Positions 29,690 to 44,200 of a stretch of DNA of 64,000 nucleotides are shown one piece after another. This DNA comes from Eledone cirrhosa (taxonomy: Eukaryota). Made by a program: the position numbers and the translations under genes. Below the pieces are notes generated by a model. The model had not been told where the DNA came from. It saw only the letters and a program-made list of their open reading frames with translations, and searched no databases. Numbering within the stretch: the first letter of the stretch is position 1; each line of letters opens with the position of its first letter. The DNA is taken from assembly GCA_964016885.1 (NCBI GenBank), contig OZ024743.1, forward strand, positions 142,352,001 to 142,416,000, read 5' to 3'.

Positions 29690-32600
29690 AGGCACCAAGC
29701 ACCAAGCACCAAACACCAAACACCAAGCACCAAGCACCAAGCACCAAACACCAAACAACAAGCACCAGGCACCAAGCACCAAACACCAAACACCAAGCAT
29801 GCAGCATTAAACACCAAGCACCAAGCACCAAACACCAAGCACCAAGCACCAAGCACCAAGTACCAAACACCAAACACCAATCACCAAGCACCAAGCACGA
29901 AACACCAGGCACCAAGCACCAAGCACCAAACACCAAACACCAAGCACCAAACACCAGCCACCAAGCACCAAGCACCAAACACTAATCACCAAGCATCAAG
30001 CACCAAACACCAGGCACCAAGCACCAAACACCAAACCCCAACCACCATAGACCAAGCACCAAGCACCAAGGAACAAACACCAAGCACCAAGCACCAAGCA
30101 CCACACACCAAGCACCAAGCACCAAGCACTAAACAGCAAGCACCAAACACCAAACACCAAACAGCAAACACCAAACAGCAAACACCAAACACCAAACAGC
30201 AAACAGCAAACGCCAAACACCAAGCACCAAGCACCAAGCACCAAACACCAAGCACCAAGCACCAAGAACCAAACACCAAACACCAAACAGCAAGCACCAA
30301 GCACCAAACACCAAGCACCAAACACCAAACCCCAAGCACCAATCACCAAACACTAATCACCAAGCACCAAGCACGAAACACCGAGCACCAAACACCAAGC
30401 ACCAAGCACCAAACACCAAACCCCAACCACCATAGACCAAGCACCAAGCACCAAGGAACAAACACCAAGCACCAAGCACCAAGCACCAAACACCAAGCAC
30501 CAAGCACCAAACACCCAGCACCAAGCACCAAGCATCAAACAACAAGCACCAAGCACCAAACACCAAACACCAAACACCAAGCACCAAGCACTAAACAGCA
30601 AGCACCAAACACCAAACAACAAACAGCAAACACCAAACAGCAAACACCAAACACCAAACAGCAAACAGCAAACGCCAAACACCAAGCACCAAGCACCAAG
30701 CACCAAACACCAAGCACCAAGCACCAAGCACAAAGAACGAAACAGCAAGCAGCAAGCAGCAAGCACCAAACACCAAGCACCAAGGACCAAACATCAAACA
30801 CCAAGCACCAAGCACCAAATACCAAACACCAAGCACCAAACACCAAGCACCAAACACCAAGCACCAAACACCAAGCACCAAACACCAAACACCAAGCACC
30901 AAGCACCAAGCACCAAACACCAAGTACCAAACACCAAGCACCAAACACCAAGTCCCACGCACCAAGCAGCAAACACCAAGCACCAAGCCCCAAGCACCAA
31001 ACACCAAGCACCAAGCACCAAGCCCCTAGCACCAAACACCAAACACCAAGCACCAAGCACAAAACACCAAGCACCAATCACCAAGCACCAAACACCAAGC
31101 ATCAAGCAGCAAGCACCAAACACCAAACACCAAGCACCAAGCACCAAATACCAAACACCAAGCACCAAGGACCAAACATCAAACACCAAGCACCAAGCAC
31201 CAAACGCCTAACACCAAGCACCAAGCACCAAGCACAAGCACCAAACACCAAGCACCAATCACCAAACACCAAGCACCAAGCACCAAACACCAAGCACCAG
31301 GCACCAAGCACCAAACACCAAGCACCAAGCACCAAACAGCAAGCACCAAGACCGAAGCACCAAGCACCAAGCACCAAAAACCAAACACCAAGCACCAAGT
31401 ACCAAAAACCATGCACTAAGAACCAAACACCAAGCACCAAGCACCAATCACCAAGCACCAAACACCAAACACCAAGCACCAAGCACCAAGCGCCAAGCAC
31501 CAAACACCAAGCACCAAGCACTAAGCACCAAACACCTAGCCCCAAGCAGCAAGCACCAAACACCAAACACCAAGCACCAACCACCAAACACCAAGCACCA
31601 AGCACCAAGCACCTAGCACCAAACACCAAACACCAAGCACCAAGCACCAAACACCAAGCACCAATCACCAAGCACCAAACACCAAGCAGCAAGCACCAAG
31701 CACCAAGCACCAAACACCAAGCACCAGGCACCAAGCACCAAACACCAAGCACCATGCACCAAGCACCAAGCCCCAAACACTTAACACCAAGCACCAAGCA
31801 CCAGACACCAAGCACCAAAAACCAAACACCAAGCACCAACTACTAAACACCAAGCACCAAGCACCAAACACCAAGCACAAAGCACCAATCACCAAACACC
31901 AAGAGCCAAGCACCAAACACCAAGCACCAAGGACCAAGCACCAGGCACCAAGCACCAAGCACAAAACACAAAACACCAAGCACCAAGCACCAAGCAGCAA
32001 ACACCAAGCATCAAACACCAAACACCAAACACCAAGCACCAAACACCAAGCACCAAGCACCAAACACCAAAAACCAAGCACCAAGCACCAAACAACAAGC
32101 ACCAGGCACCAAGCACCACACACCAACCACCAAGCATGCAGCATCAAACACCAAGCACCAAGCACCAAGCACCAAACACCAAGTACCAAGCACCAAGCAC
32201 CAAACACCAAACAACAAGCACCAGGCACCAAGCACAACACACGAACCACCAAGCACACATCACCAAGCACTAAGCACCAAGCACCAAACACCAAGCACCA
32301 AGCACCAAGCACCAAACACCAAACACCAAACACCAAGCACCAAGAACCAAACACCAAACACCAAACAGCAAGCACCAAGCACCAAACACCAAGCACCAAA
32401 CACCAAACCCCAAGCACCAATCACAAAACACTAATCACCAAGCACCAAGCACCAAACACCGAGCACCAAGCATCAAGCACCAAACACCAAGCACCAAGCA
32501 CCAAGCACCAAGGACCAAACACCAAGCAATAAGCACCAAACACCAAACCCCAAGCACCAAAGACCAAGCACCAAGCACCAAGGACCAAACACCAAGCACC

Positions 32601-35600
32601 AAGGACCAAGCAACAGACACCAAGCACCAAGCACCAAACACCCAGCACCAAGCACCAAGCACCAAACACCAAACACCAAGCACGCAGCATCAAACACCAA
32701 GCACCAAGCACCAAGCACCAAACACCAGGCACCAAGCACCAAGTACCAAACACCAACCACCAAGCACCAAACACCAAACACCAAGCACCAAGCACCAAGC
32801 ACGAAACACCAGGCACCAAGCACCAAGTACCAAACACCAAACACCAAGCACCAAACACCAGCCACCAAGCACCAAGCACCAAACACCAAACACCAAGCAC
32901 TAAGCACCAAACACCAAACAGCAAGCACCAGGCACCAAGCACCAAACACCAAACACCAAGCACGCATCACCAAACACCAAGCACCAAGCACCAAGCACCA
33001 AACACCAAGCACCAAGCACCAAGCACCAAACACCAAACACCAAGCACCAAGCACCAAGAATCAAACACCAAACACCAAACAGCAAGCACCAAGCACCAAG
33101 CACCAAGCACCAAGCACCAAACACCAAGCACCAAGCACTAAGCACCAAACACCAAGCCCCAAGTACCAAGCACCAAACACCAAACACCAAGCACCAAGCA
33201 CCAATCACCAAACACCAAGAACCAAGCACCAAACACCAAGCCCCTAGGACCAAGCACCAGGCACCAAGCACCAAGTACCAAACACCAACCACCAAGCACC
33301 AAACACCAAACACCAAGCACCAAGCACCAAGCACGAAACACCAGGCACCAAGCACCAAGTACCAAACACCAAGCACCAGGCACCAAGCACCAAGCACCAA
33401 ACACCAAACACCAAGCACCAAGCACCAAGCACCAAACACCAAACAACAAGCACCAGGCACCAAGCACCAAACACCAAACACCAAGCATGCAGCATTAAAC
33501 ACCAAGCACCAAGCACCAAACACCAGGCACCAAGCACCAAGTACCAAACACCAACCACCAAGCACCAAACACCAAACACCAAGCACCAAGCACCAAGCAC
33601 GAAACACCAGGCACCAAGCACCAAGTACCAAACACCAAGCACCAGGCACCAAGCACCAAGCACCAAACACCAAACACCAAGCACCAAGCACCAAGCACCA
33701 AACACCAAACAACAAGCACCAGGCACCAAGCACCAAACACCAAACACCAAGCATGCAGCATTAAACACCAAGCACCAAGCACCAAACACCAAGCACCAAG
33801 CACCAAGCACCAAGTACCAAACACCAAACACCAATCACCAAGCACCAAGCACGAAACACCAGGCACCAAGCACCAAGCACCAAACACCAAACACCAAGCA
33901 CCAAACACCAGCCACCAAGCACCAAGCACCAAACACTAATCACCAAGCACCAAGCACCAAACACCAGGCACCAAGCACCAAACACCAAACCCCAACCACC
34001 ATAGACCAAGCACCAAGCACCAAGGAACAAACACCAAGCACCAAGCACCAAGCACCACACACCAAGCACCAAGCACCAAGCACTAAACAGCAAGCACCAA
34101 ACACCAAACACCAAACAGCAAACACCAAACAGCAAACACCAAACACCAAACAGCAAACAGCAAACGCCAAACACCAAGCACCAAGCACCAAGCACCAAAC
34201 ACCAAGCACCAAGCACCAAGAACCAAACACCAAACACCAAACAGCAAGCACCAAGCACCAAACACCAAGCACCAAACACCAAACCCCAAGCACCAATCAC
34301 CAAACACTAATCACCAAGCACCAAGCACGAAACACCGAGCACCAAACACCAAGCACCAAGCACCAAACACCAAACCCCAACCACCATAGACCAAGCACCA
34401 AGCACCAAGGAACAAACACCAAGCACCAAGCACCAAGCACCAAACACCAAGCACCAAGCACCAAACACCCAGCACCAAGCACCAAGCATCAAACAACAAG
34501 CACCAAGCACCAAACACCAAACACCAAACACCAAGCACCAAGCACTAAACAGCAAGCACCAAACACCAAACAACAAACAGCAAACACCAAACAGCAAACA
34601 CCAAACACCAAACAGCAAACAGCAAACGCCAAACACCAAGCACCAAGCACCAAGCACCAAACACCAAGCACCAAGCACCAAGCACAAAGAACGAAACAGC
34701 AAGCAGCAAGCAGCAAGCACCAAACACCAAGCACCAAGGACCAAACATCAAACACCAAGCACCAAGCACCAAATACCAAACACCAAGCACCAAACACCAA
34801 GCACCAAACACCAAGCACCAAACACCAAGCACCAAACACCAAACACCAAGCACCAAGCACCAAGCACCAAACACCAAGTACCAAACACCAAGCACCAAAC
34901 ACCAAGTCCCACGCACCAAGCAGCAAACACCAAGCACCAAGCCCCAAGCACCAAACACCAAGCACCAAGCACCAAGCCCCTAGCACCAAACACCAAACAC
35001 CAAGCACCAAGCACAAAACACCAAGCACCAATCACCAAGCACCAAACACCAAGCATCAAGCAGCAAGCACCAAACACCAAACACCAAGCACCAAGCACCA
35101 AATACCAAACACCAAGCACCAAGGACCAAACATCAAACACCAAGCACCAAGCACCAAACGCCTAACACCAAGCACCAAGCACCAAGCACAAGCAACAAAC
35201 ACCAAGCACCAATCACCAAACACCAAGCACCAAGCACCAAACACCAAGCACCAGGCACCAAGCACCAAACACCAAGCACCAAGCACCAAACAGCAAGCAC
35301 CAAGACCGAAGCACCAAGCACCAAGCACCAAAAACCAAACACCAAGCACCAAGTACCAAAAACCATGCACTAAGAACCAAACACCAAGCACCAAGCACCA
35401 ATCACCAAGCACCAAACACCAAACACCAAGCACCAAGCACCAAGCGCCAAGCACCAAACACCAAGCACCAAGCACTAAGCACCAAACACCTAGCCCCAAG
35501 CAGCAAGCACCAAACACCAAACACCAAGCACCAACCACCAAACACCAAGCACCAAGCACCAAGCACCTAGCACCAAACACCAAACACCAAGCACCAAGCA

Positions 35601-37040
35601 CCAAACACCAAGCACCAATCACCAAGCACCAAACACCAAGCAGCAAGCACCAAGCACCAAGCACCAAACACCAAGCACCAGGCACCAAGCACCAAACACC
35701 AAGCACCATGCACCAAGCACCAAGCCCCAAACACTTAACACCAAGCACCAAGCACCAGACACCAAGCACCAAAAACCAAACACCAAGCACCAACTACTAA
35801 ACACCAAGCACCAAGCACCAAACACCAAGCACAAAGCACCAATCACCAAACACCAAGAGCCAAGCACCAAACACCAAGCACCAAGGACCAAGCACCAGGC
35901 ACCAAGCACCAAGCACAAAACACAAAACAACAAGCACCAAGCACCAAGCAGCAAACACCAAGCATCAAACACCAAACACCAAACACCAAGCACCAAACAC
36001 CAAGCACCAAGCACCAAACACCAAAAACCAAGCACCAAGCACCAAACAACAAGCACCAGGCACCAAGCACCACACACCAACCACCAAGCATGCAGCATCA
36101 AACACCAAGCACCAAGCACCAAGCACCAAACACCAAGTACCAAGCACCAAGCACCAAACACCAAACAACAAGCACCAGGCACCAAGCACAACACACGAAC
36201 CACCAAGCACACATCACCAAGCACTAAGCACCAAGCACCAAACACCAAGCACCAAGCACCAAGCACCAAACACCAAACACCAAACACCAAGCACCAAGAA
36301 CCAAACACCAAACACCAAACAGCAAGCACCAAGCACCAAACACCAAGCACCAAACACCAAACCCCAAGCACCAATCACAAAACACTAATCACCAAGCACC
36401 AAGCACCAAACACCGAGCACCAAGCATCAAGCACCAAACACCAAGCACCAAGCACCAAGCACCAAGCACCAAACACCAAGCAATAAGCACCAAACACCAA
36501 ACCCCAAGCACCAAAGACCAAGCACCAAGCACCAAGGACCAAACACCAAGCACCAAGGACCAAGCAACAGACACCAAGCACCAAGCACCAAACACCCAGC
36601 ACCAAGCACCAAGCACCAAACACCAAACACCAAGCACGCAGCATCAAACACCAAGCACCAAGCACCAAGCACCAAACACCAGGCACCAAGCACCAAGTAC
36701 CAAACACCAACCACCAAGCACCAAACACCAAACACCAAGCACCAAGCACCAAGCACGAAACACCAGGCACCAAGCACCAAGTACCAAACACCAAACACCA
36801 AGCACCAAACACCAGCCACCAAGCACCAAGCACCAAACACCAAACACCAAGCACTAAGCACCAAACACCAAACAGCAAGCACCAGGCACCAAGCACCAAA
36901 CACCAAACACCAAGCACGCATCACCAAACACCAAGCACCAAGCACCAAGCACCAAACACCAAGCACCAAGCACCAAGCACCAAACACCAAACACCAAGCA
37001 CCAAGCACCAAGAATCAAACACCAAACACCAAACAGCAAG
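29690..37040. repeat. Near-perfect duplication of a ~3.4-kb block at offset 3954 bp (~29690-33085 vs ~33640-37040)
   Basis: Many ORF pairs at offset 3954 (30129/34083, 31102/35056, 31665/35619, 32473/36427). Private motif CACAAAG-AACGAAA at 30729 and 34683. Shared 6-bp monomer CACAAG at 31233 and 35187. Confidence 0.95.
33250..33790. repeat. Tandem duplication, unit 266 bp (38 monomers), at the junction of the 3954-bp duplication
   Basis: TACCAAA-CACCAAC at 33276 and 33542. CATGCAG-CATTAAA at ~33486 and ~33752. Confidence 0.88.
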
Positions 37041-37119
37041 CACCAAGCACCAAACACCAAGCACCAAACACCAAACACCAAGCACTAAGCACCAAACACC
37101 AAACAACAAGCACCAGGCA

Positions 37120-40100
37120 CCAAGCACCAAACACCAAACACCAAGCACGCAGCACCAAACACCAAGCACCAAGCACCAAGCACCAAACACCTAGCACCAA
37201 ACACCAAGCACCAAACACCAAACACCAAACACCAAGCACCAAGAACCAAACACCAAACACCAAACAGCAGGCACCAAGCACCAAACACCAAGCACGAATC
37301 ACCAAACACTAATCACCAAGCACCAAGCCCCAAACACCAAGCACCAAGCAGCAAGCACCAAACACCAAGCACCAAGCACCAAACACCAAGCACCAAACAC
37401 GAAGCACCAAGCACCAAACACCAAACCCCAAGCACCAAAGACCAAGCACCAAGCACCAAGGACCAAACACCAAGCACCAAGCACCAAGCACCAAACACCA
37501 AGCACCAAGCAGCAAACACCCAGCACCAAGCACCAAGCACCAAACACCAAGCACCAAGCACCAAACACCAAACACCAAACACCAAGCATCAAGCACCAAA
37601 CAGCAAGCACCAAACACCAAGCACCAAACACCAAGCACCAAACACAAAGTCCCACGCACCAAGCACTAAACACCAAACACCAAGCACCAAGCACCAAACA
37701 CCAAGCACCAAGCACCAAGCCCCTAGCACCAAACACCAAACACCAAGCAAAAAGCACAAAACACCAAGCACCAATCACCAAGCACCAAACACCAAGCAGC
37801 AAGCAGCAAGCACCAAACACGAACGACCAAGCACCAAGCACCAAATACCAAACACCAAGCACCAAGGACCAAACATCAAACACCAAGCACCAAGCACCAA
37901 ACGCCTAACACCAAGCACCAAGCACCAAGCACCAAGCACCAAACACCAAGCACCAATCACCAAACACCAAGCACCAAGCACCAAACACCAAGCACCAGGC
38001 ACCAAGCAGCAAACACCAAGCACCAAGCACCAAACACCAAGCACCAAACACAAAGCACCAAGCACCAAACACCAAACCCCAAGCACCAAACACCAAACCT
38101 CAAGCACCAAGCACAAAACACTAATCACCAAGCACCAAGCACCAAACAACAAGCACCAAGCACCAAGCACCAGGCACCAAGCACCAAGCACCAAACACTA
38201 ATCACCAAGCACCAAGCACCAAGCACCAAACCCCAAGCACTAAGCACCAAGCACAAAACACCAAGCACCAAGCACCAAACACCAAACACCAAGCACCAAA
38301 GACCAAGCACCAAACACTAAACACCAAACACCAAGCACCAAACACTGAACACCAAACACCAAGCACCAAGCACCAAGCACCAAACACCAAGCACCAAGCA
38401 CTAAGCACCAAACACCAAGCCCCAAGCACCAAGCACCAAACACCAAACACCAAGCACCAAGCACCAAACACCAAGCACCAAGCACCATGCACCTAGCACC
38501 AAACACCAAACACCAAGCACCAAGCACCAAACACCAAGCACCAATCACCAAGCACCAAACACCAAGCAGCAAGCAGCAAGCACCAAACACCAAGCACCAA
38601 GGACCAAACATCAAACACCAAGCACCAAGCACCAAACACCTAACACCAAGCACCAAGCACCAAGCACCAAGCACCGAACATCAAGCACATAACACCAAGC
38701 ACCAAACACCAAGCACCAAGCACCAAACACCAAGCACCAAACACCAAGCACCAAGCACCAAGCACCAAACACCAAGCACCAGGCACCAAGCACCAAACAC
38801 CAAGCACCATGCACCAAGCACCAAGCCCCAAACACTTAACACCAAGCACCAAGCACCAAAAACCAAACACCAAGCACCAAGTACCAAACACCAAGCACCA
38901 AGCACCAAACACCAAGCACCAAGCACCAATCACCATACACCAAGCACCAAGCACCAAGCACCAGGCACCAAGCACCAAGCACCAAACACAAAACACCAAG
39001 CACCAAGCACCAAGCAGCAAACACCAAGCATCAAACACCAAACACCAAACACCAAGCACCAAACACCAAGCACCAAGCACCAAACAACAAACACCAAGCA
39101 CCAAACACCAAATATCAAGCACCAAGCACCAAACACCAAACACCAAGCACCAAGCACCAAACACCAAACAACAATCACCAGGCACCAAGCACCAAACACC
39201 AAACACCAAGCACCAATCACCAAACACCAAGCACCAAGCACCAAACACCAAGCACCAGGCACCAAGCAGCAAACACCAGGCACCAAGCACCAAACACCAA
39301 GCACCAAACACAAAGCACCAAGCACCAAACACCAAACCCCAAGCACCAAACACCAAACCTCAAGCACCAAGCACAAAACACTAATCACCAAGCACCAAGC
39401 ACCAAAAAACAAGCACCAAGCACCAAGCACCAGGCACCAAGCACCAAGCACCAAACACTAATCACCAAGCACCAAGCACCAAGCACCAAACCCCAAGCAC
39501 TAAGCACCAAGCACAAAACACCAAGCACCAAGCACCAAACACCAAACACCAAGCACCAAAGACCAAGCACCAAACACTAAACACCAAACACCAAGCACCA
39601 AACACTAAACACCAAACACCAAGTACCAAGCACCAAGCACCAAACACCAAGCACCAAGCACTAAGCACCAAACACCAAGCCCCAAGCACCAAGCACCAAA
39701 CACCAAACACCAAGCACCAAGCACCAAACACCAAGCACCAAGCACCATGCACCTAGCACCAAACACCAAACACCAAACACCAAGCACGCAGCACCAAACA
39801 CCAAGCACCAAGCACCAAGCACCAAACACCTAGCACCAAGCACCAAGCACCAAACACCAAACACCAAACACCAAGCACCAAGAACCAAACACCAAACACC
39901 AAACAGCAGGCACCAAGCACCAAACACCAAGCACGAATCACCAAACACTAATCACCAAGCACCAAGCCCCAAACACCAAGCACCAAGCAGCAAGCACCAA
40001 ACACCAAGCACCAAGCACCAAACACCAAGCACCAAACACGAAGCACCAAGCACCAAACACCAAACCCCAAGCACCAAAGACCAAGCACCAAGCACCAAGG

Positions 40101-41280
40101 ACCAAACACCAAGCACCAAGCACCAAGCACCAAACACCAAGCACCAAGCAGCAAACACCCAGCACCAAGCACCAAGCACCAAACACCAAGCACCAAGCAC
40201 CAAACACCAAACACCAGACACCAAGCATCAAGCACCAAACAGCAAGCACCAAACACCAAGCACCAAACACCAAGCACCAAACACAAAGTCCCATGCACCA
40301 AGCACTAAACACCAAACACCAAGCACCAAGCACCAAACACCAAGCACCAAGCACCAAGCCCCTAGCACCAAACACCAAACACCAAGCAAAAAGCACAAAA
40401 CACCAAGCACCAATCACCAAGCACCAAACACCAAGCAGCAAGCAGCAAGCACCAAACACGAACGACCAAGCACCAAGCACCAAATACCAAACACCAAGCA
40501 CCAAGGACCAAACATCAAACACCAAGCACCAAGCACCAAACGCCTAACACCAAGCACCAAGCACCAAGCACCAAGCACCAAACACCAAGCACCAATCACC
40601 AAACACCAAGCACCAAGCACCAAACACCAAGCACCAGGCACCAAGCAGCAAACACCAAGCACCAAGCACCAAACACCAAGCACCAAACACAAAGCACCAA
40701 GCACCAAACACCAAACCCCAAGCACCAAACACCAAACCTCAAGCACCAAGCACAAAACACTAATCACCAAGCACCAAGCACCAAACAACAAGCACCAAGC
40801 ACCAAGCACCAGGCACCAAGCACCAAGCACCAAACACTAATCACCAAGCACCAAGCACCAATCACCAAACCCCAAGCACTAAGCACCAAGCACAAAACAC
40901 CAAGCACCAAGCACCAAACACCAAACACCAAGCACCAAAGACCAAGCACCAAACACTAAACACCAAACACCAAGCACCAAACACTGAACACCAAACACCA
41001 AGCACCAAGCACCAAGCACCAAACACCAAGCACCAAGCACTAAGCACCAAACACCAAGCCCCAAGCACCAAGCACCAAACACCAAACACCAAGCACCAAG
41101 CACCAAACACCAAGCACCAAGCACCATGCACCTAGCACCAAACACCAAACACCAAGCACCAAGCACCAAACACCAAGCACCAATCACCAAGCACCAAACA
41201 CCAAGCAGCAAGCAGCAAGCACCAAACACCAAGCACCAAGGACCAAACATCAAACACCAAGCACCAAGCACCAAACACAT
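37120..41280. repeat. Duplication at offset 2639 bp (377 monomers), with an internal ~570-bp segment repeated at offsets 1260 and 1379 bp
   Basis: ORF pairs 37299..37886/39938..40525 and 37775..38194/40414..40833 (2639). Triplet 38125..38313/39385..39573/40764..40952 (1260 + 1379 = 2639). Confidence 0.92.
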
Positions 41281-44200
41281 AACACCAAGCACCAAGCACC
41301 AAGCACCAAGCACCAAACACCAAGCACCAGGCACCAAGCACCAAACACCAAGCACCATGCACCAAGCACCAAGCCCCAAACACTTAACACCAAGCACCAA
41401 GCACCAAAAACCAAACACCAAGCACCAAGTACCAAACACCAAGCACCAAGCACCAATCACCATACACCAAGCACCAAGCACCAAGCACCAGGCACCAAGC
41501 ACCAAGCACCAAACACAAAACACCAAGCACCAAGCACCAAGCAGCAAACACCAAGCATCAAACACCAAACACCAAACACCAAGCACCAAACACCAAGCAC
41601 CAAGCACCAAACACCAAACACCAAGCACCAAGCACCAAGCACCAAACAACAAACACCAAGCACCAAACACCAGATATCAAGCACCAAGCAACCAAACACC
41701 AAACACCAAGCACCAAGCACCAAACACCAAACAACAAGCACCAGGCACCAAGCACCAAACACCAAACACCAAGCACCAAGCACCAAACTCCAAACACCAA
41801 GCACGCAGCATCAAACACCAAGCACCAAGCACCAAACACCAAACACCAAGCACCAAGCACCAAACACCAAGCACCAAACACAAAGCACCACGCACCAAAC
41901 ACCAAGCACCAAGCACCAAACACCAAGCACCAAGCACCAAACACCAAACCACAAGCACCAAACACCAAACCACAAGCACCAAGCACCAAACACTAATCAC
42001 CAAGCACCAAGCACCAAACAACGAATACCAAGCACCAAGCACCAGGCACCAAGCACCAACCACCAAACACTAATCACCAACACCAAGCACCAAGCACCAA
42101 ACACCATGCACCAAGCACCAAGCACCAAAAACCAAGCACCAAGCACCAAACACCAAACACCAAGATCCAAAGACCAAGCACCAAGCACCAAGCACCAACC
42201 ACCCAGCACCAAGCACCAAGCACCAAACACCAAGCACCAAACACCAAACACCAAGCACCAAGCACCAAGCACCAAGCACCAAGCACCAAGCACCAAGCAC
42301 CAAACACCAAGCACCAAGCACTAAGCACCAAACACAAAGCCCCAAGTACCAAGCACCAAACACCAAACACCAAGCACCAAACACCAATCACCAAACACCA
42401 AGAACCAAGCACCAAACACCAAGCCCCTAGGACCAAGCACCAGGCACCAAGCACCAAGCACCAAACACAAAACACCAAGCACCAAGCACCAAGCAGCAAA
42501 CACCAAGCATCAAACACCAAACACCAAACACCAAGCACCAAACACCAAGCACCAAGCACCAAACACCAAACACCAAGCACCAAGCACCAAGCACCAAACA
42601 CCAAACACCAAGCACCATACACCAAACACCAAGCAGCAAGCACCAAACACCAAACAACAAGCACCAGGCACCAAGCACCAAACACCAAACACCAAGCACG
42701 CAGCATCAAACACCAAGCACCAAGCACCAAACACCAAGTACCAAGCACCAAGCACCAAGCACCAAACACCAAACACCAAGCACCAAACACCAGCCACCAA
42801 GCACCAAGCACCAGACACCAAACACCAAGCACTAAGCACCAAACACCAAACAACAAGCACCAGGCACCAAGCACCAAACACCAAACACCAAACACGCATC
42901 ACCAAACACCAAGCACCAAGCAACAAGCACCTAAAACCAAGCACCAAGCACCAAGCACCAAACACCAAACACCAAGCACCAAGCACCAAACACCAAGCAC
43001 CAAACACCAATCCCCAAGCACCAATCACCAAACACTAATCACCAAGCACCAAGCACCAAACACCGAGCACCAAGCAGCAAGCACCAAACACCAAGCACCA
43101 AGCACCAAACACCAAGCACCAATCACCAAGCACCAAACACCAAGCAGCAAGCAGCAAGCACCAAACACCAAGCACCAAGGACCAAACATCAAACACCAAG
43201 CACCAAGCACCAAACACCTAACACCAAGCACCAAGCACCAAGCACCAAGCACCGAACACCAAGCACATAACACCAAGCACCAAACACCAAGCACCAAGCA
43301 CCAAACACCAAGCACCAAACACCAAGCACCAAGCACCAAGCACCAAACACCAAGCACCAGGCACCAAGCACCAAACACCAAGCACCATGCACCAAGCACC
43401 AAGCCCCAAACACTTAACACCAAGCACCAAGCACCAAAAACCAAACACCAAGCACCAAGTACCAAACACCAAGCACCAAGCACCAATCACCATACACCAA
43501 GCACCAAGCACCAAGCACCAGGCACCAAGCACCAAGCACCAAACACAAAACACCAAGCACCAAGCACCAAGCAGCAAACACCAAGCATCAAACACCAAAC
43601 ACCAAACACCAAGCACCAAACACCAAGCACCAAGCACCAAACACCAAACACCAAGCACCAAGCACCAAGCACCAAACAACAAACACCAAGCACCAAACAC
43701 CAGATATCAAGCACCAAGCACCAAACACCAAACACCAAGCACCAAGCACCAAACACCAAACAACAAGCACCAGGCACCAAGCACCAAACACCAAACACCA
43801 AGCACCAAGCACCAAACACCAAACACCAAGCACGCAGCATCAAACACCAAGCACCAAGCACCAAGCACCAAACACCAAGCACCAAGCACCAAACACCAAG
43901 CACCAAACACAAAGCACCACGCACCAAACACCAAGCACCAAGCACCAAACACCAAGCACCAAGCACCAAACACCAAACCACAGCACCAAACACCAAACCA
44001 CAAGCACCAAGCACCAAACACTAATCACCAAGCACCAAGCACCAAACAACGAGCACCAAGCACCAAGCACCAGGCACCAAGCACCAAGCACCAAACACTA
44101 ATCACCAAGCACCAAGCACCAAGCACCAAACACCATGCACCAAGCACCAAGCACCAAAAACCAAGCACCAAGCACCAAACACCAAACACCAAGATCCAAA

